DNA of 63,731 bases, the filler included. It is 18 parts of 18 records of this genome, joined end to end, with 100 filler letters (N's around TTAATTAATTAA, not from the genome) between each part and the next. Parts side by side here need not be neighbours in the genome. Positions count along the whole stretch, not along the records: positions 57,007 to 60,343 come from SRR11831580_1768; positions 60,444 to 63,731 come from SRR11831580_1823; 16 more parts are not named here. One strand, given 5' to 3'. Positions 59,711-63,731 of the stretch are shown in pieces. The position numbers and the translations under genes were made by a program. Position 1 is the first letter of the stretch. Each line of letters starts with the position of its first letter. Under the pieces are notes generated by a model. That model saw nothing but the letters and a program-made list of their open reading frames with translations. It made no database searches and was not told where the DNA came from.

Positions 59711-60449
59711 TGGTAAAGACAGCTCTTAGTTTTGTGGATATAGACTGTAAGATAAGAGATTGGCTCTAGCTAGCGCGTAGCACCCTTGATTTTATGAAAT
59801 GATACGTATTATTCAGTGTGTAAGTAGTTAGTAATTAGTAGTGTGACCTAAATTGTCACTATATTTTCGTATATCGTTACAATAGACTGCTACTTAGTAC
59901 ATATAATCATATACCTTTAGTGATACTAATGGTTACATGGCGGGAACTCAACCCGCGTACACAGTTCCCCACGCATACACTGACAGCTCACAGCGAACAC
60001 ACACATACGCCTTCACCTGCGTTGTTGAACGGCAGCTGACGCGGTCAACTTGGCTCGCTGCATAAAGTCTACGGCAGCCGCCTCGTGTCGACGCACAGCC
60101 CTCGTGAGCGACGATGGCGTCACATAATTTAACTGTCGCTCTATTACGCTGTCGAGTGGGGTACTCGAAGAAGAATCATCCCTCTGTGCGTCACCGATGG
60201 TGGTGCTATACGGACCGGCAGGGGAGACGTCATTACGACCCGACCACGAGGCAGATGAGCGAGTGAGTGGCCGCGCGAACGCTGTGGATGACGAAGCTGA
60301 GGAATAGGAGAGAATTTGTGTGTTGCGCGGCTCACGGTCGGTGNNNNNNNNNNNNNNNNNNNNNNNNNNNNNNNNNNNNNNNNNNNNTTAATTAATTAAN
60401 NNNNNNNNNNNNNNNNNNNNNNNNNNNNNNNNNNNNNNNNNNNAACGCC

Positions 60450-62651
60450 TTGCCGCCGTCGGTGCCGTTTGCGCCCGTCCGCCCGACGCCGGATCCCATT
60501 GTTACGGGTGCGTCCCTTCCTTCTCTTCCCGATCAACCTCTTTCGTCCGTTCCTTCGGCATCTCCTCCACTTCCGTTCGCTGTTGCAGCCGTGCCTCCAG
60601 CCTTCGTTCCGTCCTCCCTTCCATTTCCCATCCTTCCCTCTCCGCCGACCGTTGCAGCCCCGCCTCCGGTCTCGCCTGCTCTCGTCCTCTCAACCCCGTC
60701 CCTGCCGTCACCATCACCGCTCGCAGATCGAGCCTCTGTCGTCGGCCGGCTGTGCCGTTTCCATCCTATCTGGCGCCAAGCTGGTGCCGATCCGCTCACC
60801 CTCTCGTGGCTCGCTCAGGGCGTTCCGATCTTGTTCGACCAGCTGCCGCGCATTCCGCCCCCTCGTCCCAACATCATCAGCACGACGGAGCAGCTCGAGT
60901 TCGTACGCAAGGAGGTGGCTACCATGTTGTCCATCGGCGCCGTCTCCCCGTCCCCTCACCGCCCGCTCGCCGTGTGGCAGCTCCTGACCGCGCCCAAGGC
61001 CGGGTCGCGTCGCTTTCGCCTGGTGGTCAACATGAAGCCGCTCACCCCGTCCGTCCACAGCCCCGCCTTCAAGCTCGAGCGCCTGGACGAGTTTCTCATG
61101 TTGCTACGGCCCGGGGACCATATCTGGACCCGCGACCTTCGCGACGGCTATTTTCACCTGGCCATGGCGCCTTCATCCCGGCCATTCCTCGGCTTCCAAC
61201 TCGACGGCCGCTACTTCGTGTACAATGTCCTACCCTTCGGTCTCCGCAGCGCGCCCTTCGTCTTCACCAAGATGATGCGTACCCCGCTTCGCTTGCTTCG
61301 CACTGCGGATATCACGTGTATCGGCTACATCGACGACATAGCCGCGTGCTCACCGCCGGCTCAATCGGAGCGCAAGGCGCAGTTCTGCGACGACACGCTT
61401 CACCGCCTGGGCCTCGTGGTCGCCGAAGACAAGAAGCAGCAACCCGCCCATCGGGCCATTGTGCTCGGCATGCAACTCGACACCGTGCTCAACCGATTGT
61501 CACTCCCCGACGACAAGCTGGCCAAGACATTGGCTCTGCTTCGCGCCGTCATCACTATCGCTTCGCGGCCTTCGCATCGGGTGCCAGCGCAACTCATCGC
61601 GCAGCTATTGGGCAAGTTGCAGTGGTTCGCTCGGGCCGCCCCAGCCGTCCGTCTCTACGCACGATCGCTCCAGTACGACCTGCGCCAGCGCACGTCGTGG
61701 TACGACCGTCTGCTGCTTCGCCTCGAGACCCGCCGCGACCTGGCGCTCATCTCGCGCAACGCTGTGGCCTGGAACAACCAAGGCTGCCCCATCTGGCGCA
61801 ACAACCCGACCGTCCAGGTATTCACCGACGCCAGCAACGTGGGTTGGGGTGCCGCCATGCTGGTCAACGGCCACCTCTCGCAGTGTATCTCGGGCCAGTG
61901 GGACTCGGTCTGGCAGCAGCAACACATCAACGCCAAGGAACTGCAGGCCGTCCTGTTGGCTATCCGCGCCTACCTACCGCAGATGACCGCCGCCGCGGTG
62001 GAGTTCCGCATCGACAACATATCCGCCGTGGCCTACCTACGCAACTGCGGGGGATATTTTCCGCATCTGGCAGCCATCGCCAAGCAGGCGTTGACGCTTT
62101 TGATGTCTGTTGGCGCCCAGTCGTCGTTTCATCATCTCCGCGGCGTGCTCAACATCGTCGCCGACGCTCTCTCCCGCGGTCACTTCCATCCTGTGCTCAC
62201 GCAGCAGCACGGCCAGTTCGACCCGGACGACTGGCAACTCGATCCGCGACTGTTCCGCCAGCTCGACGCCCTTTGGGGTCCCCACACCGTGGATCGCTTC
62301 GCCCGTGTACGGTCGCGTCAAGTGTCTCGCTTTTGGTCGCGCGTTCTGGAGCCTGGCTGCGAGGGAGTCAACTCGCTTACCGCCGACTGGTCCGCCGACA
62401 ACAACTGGGTCAACCCGCCGTTCGCCATGCTCCTTGCCGTGCTGCGCCACATCGTCAACTGCCGTGCCCGGGCCACCGTCATTGCACCCCACTGGCCAGC
62501 ACAGACCTGGTGGCCGCTGCTATGCAAGATCGCGACCGCCTGGCTCCTGCTTCCCTCGCCAATGAAGTATCCCAACCGCCTGGCCGAACCGCTGCGCAAC
62601 CCGTCCTGGCGCCTGTTCGCCGTGCGCGTGGACGGCTCCCGTCTGCAGTGA
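60450..62651 (+). CDS. Reverse transcriptase-RNase H-Dam-like methyltransferase polyprotein (true start uncertain)
   Basis: RT: FRLVVN, DLRDGYFH, LPFGL, YIDD (61326); RNase H: FTDAS (61821), HINAKEL, IDN, NIVADALSR; MT: DDWQL, VDRFA, NWVNPPF (62412), IAPHWPAQTWWP. Confidence 0.92.
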   Translation: MPPSVPFAPVRPTPDPIVTGASLPSLPDQPLSSVPSASPPLPFAVAAVPPAFVPSSLPFPILPSPPTVAAPPPVSPALVLSTPSLPSPSPLADRASVVGRLCRFHPIWRQAGADPLTLSWLAQGVPILFDQLPRIPPPRPNIISTTEQLEFVRKEVATMLSIGAVSPSPHRPLAVWQLLTAPKAGSRRFRLVVNMKPLTPSVHSPAFKLERLDEFLMLLRPGDHIWTRDLRDGYFHLAMAPSSRPFLGFQLDGRYFVYNVLPFGLRSAPFVFTKMMRTPLRLLRTADITCIGYIDDIAACSPPAQSERKAQFCDDTLHRLGLVVAEDKKQQPAHRAIVLGMQLDTVLNRLSLPDDKLAKTLALLRAVITIASRPSHRVPAQLIAQLLGKLQWFARAAPAVRLYARSLQYDLRQRTSWYDRLLLRLETRRDLALISRNAVAWNNQGCPIWRNNPTVQVFTDASNVGWGAAMLVNGHLSQCISGQWDSVWQQQHINAKELQAVLLAIRAYLPQMTAAAVEFRIDNISAVAYLRNCGGYFPHLAAIAKQALTLLMSVGAQSSFHHLRGVLNIVADALSRGHFHPVLTQQHGQFDPDDWQLDPRLFRQLDALWGPHTVDRFARVRSRQVSRFWSRVLEPGCEGVNSLTADWSADNNWVNPPFAMLLAVLRHIVNCRARATVIAPHWPAQTWWPLLCKIATAWLLLPSPMKYPNRLAEPLRNPSWRLFAVRVDGSRLQ

Positions 62652-63670
62652 TGATCGACGCTGCTGATCCGCTGCTCCCTGCCGACCCCTCCGCCAATCC
62701 TTGGGCCGATCCAGCTCCCTCTACCGCCGCCGCGCGCCTCCTCTCGCTAGCCCGTATCGGCGCCTCTTACTCGGTTTCCCAGCGCACGCAGTCACGCTAT
62801 CGCGCACATACCGACGCCTTTGGCCGGTTCTGTCTGTTACACGGCTTTGATCCGCTTCCTGCGACTGTGCAGGCTGTGCTTGCCTTCTGCGGTCATGCCA
62901 TGGACTCTGGCCGCTCGCGCCAGTTGTCAACCGTCCTGACAGCCGTGGCGCATCAACACAAGTCGCATGGCTTCTGGTCCCCGACTCAGCATCCCGCCGT
63001 GTCCCAAGTCCGCAAAGGTATTGCTCGATGGACCGCCACTCACCATCCACGTGTTGCCCGTTGGCGCCAGCCACTTCGACCGCACCATGTGCGACGTTGC
63101 TTCAACCTCGCTGACATGTCCGACCCGTGGACGGCGCAGGCGCTTGCTGTGCTTGCTTTCGGCCTCCGCATAGGCCAGCGCGCCTCGACTCTTGGCCACC
63201 TGCGCTTGGATGACATCCATTTTGGCCGCGAACACGTGTCCGTGTACATTGGACGTAGCAAGACTGATCAGGAGGGGCGAGGTCGATACATCTACATCGA
63301 TTTGCCCACTACGGATGCTCCGGCTTATCATCCCGTGCTGCTCCTGCGCCATCACCTGCGCATCAACCACATCACCACCGGCCCTCTGTTCCGCCTGTTC
63401 AAGGACCGGACGTACATCACAACCCGACCGCTGGCTGGCCGTGGTGTCAACTTAGTGGTCAAGTGGTGCTGCTTTGACATGCTTGGCCTCTCGGGCGATT
63501 ATTCGGGCCACAGCATTCGCATCGGCGCTGCAACAGCCATGTCTGAGGCCGGTGTCGAGGATCACGTCATCCGCCAGACCTGTGGCTGGAAAGGGCCCTA
63601 CTCTAACGTGTACTTGCGTTTTGCCCGCACTTCGCGCGGTGATTTGACTCGAGCTATTGGTCTGGCGTGA
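62651..63670 (+). CDS. Tyrosine recombinase, 339 aa from ATG 62651
   Basis: N-terminal helical domain then GQRAS (R), SKTDQ (K), GHSIRIGAAT (HxxR), CGWK (W), VYLR (Y). Confidence 0.92.
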   Translation: MIDAADPLLPADPSANPWADPAPSTAAARLLSLARIGASYSVSQRTQSRYRAHTDAFGRFCLLHGFDPLPATVQAVLAFCGHAMDSGRSRQLSTVLTAVAHQHKSHGFWSPTQHPAVSQVRKGIARWTATHHPRVARWRQPLRPHHVRRCFNLADMSDPWTAQALAVLAFGLRIGQRASTLGHLRLDDIHFGREHVSVYIGRSKTDQEGRGRYIYIDLPTTDAPAYHPVLLLRHHLRINHITTGPLFRLFKDRTYITTRPLAGRGVNLVVKWCCFDMLGLSGDYSGHSIRIGAATAMSEAGVEDHVIRQTCGWKGPYSNVYLRFARTSRGDLTRAIGLA

Positions 63671-63731
63671 TCATGTCTGCACGTCTTAGTGTCTCTAGTT
63701 CTTCTTCATCATGTGCTTGTGCATGTCTGTA

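Larger units (their letters stand above)
60444..63731 (+). mobile_element. DIRS-type (tyrosine recombinase) retrotransposon, termini not visible
   Basis: Intronless GC-rich contig with RT-RNase H-methyltransferase ORF followed by a YR ORF, the diagnostic DIRS/PAT order. Confidence 0.93.

Noticed and set aside
59929-60010. tRNA gene on the minus strand ending in ACCA
   Set aside because: No acceptor-stem partner, D arm or canonical TTC loop
60450-63670. Bacterial retron, DGR or RT-integrase defence system
   Set aside because: RT is LTR/DIRS-like (LPFGL, fused RNase H with DAS and ADALSR); no msr/msd, template/variable repeats or bacterial context

Overview
This window is not one locus. It is 18 unrelated contigs joined by 17 identical 100-nt artificial spacers (44 N + TTAATTAATTAA + 44 N). 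Eleven contigs are Escherichia coli K-12-like chromosomal fragments: kefGB-slyD-fkpA-tus, aceK-arpA, norR-srl, adhE, ela/rbn, dnaX-priC, yji, hupB-queC, ldtD-mepK, ybd and treC-nrdD. They carry single-base indels, mostly in homopolymers, and one ends in a 454 Titanium paired-end linker, so they most likely come from food or contaminant bacteria in a 454-era assembly. Seven contigs come from an unidentified microbial eukaryote, six of them with short GT-AG introns. Manual splicing recovers genes that the ORF track fragments or misses: ISWI, a DJ-1/PfpI-family gene, RPL7, an F-box/WD40 protein, a four-Zn-module Pro/Tyr/Gln-rich protein, a WD40-like protein and a ~1230-aa 14-exon orphan. The last contig is an apparently intact DIRS-type retrotransposon encoding RT-RNase H-Dam-like adenine methyltransferase with an intact NPPF motif, followed by a tyrosine recombinase joined through a TGATG stop/start overlap. 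That element and the orphan gene are the best follow-up candidates. No cross-spacer gene neighbourhood is meaningful.
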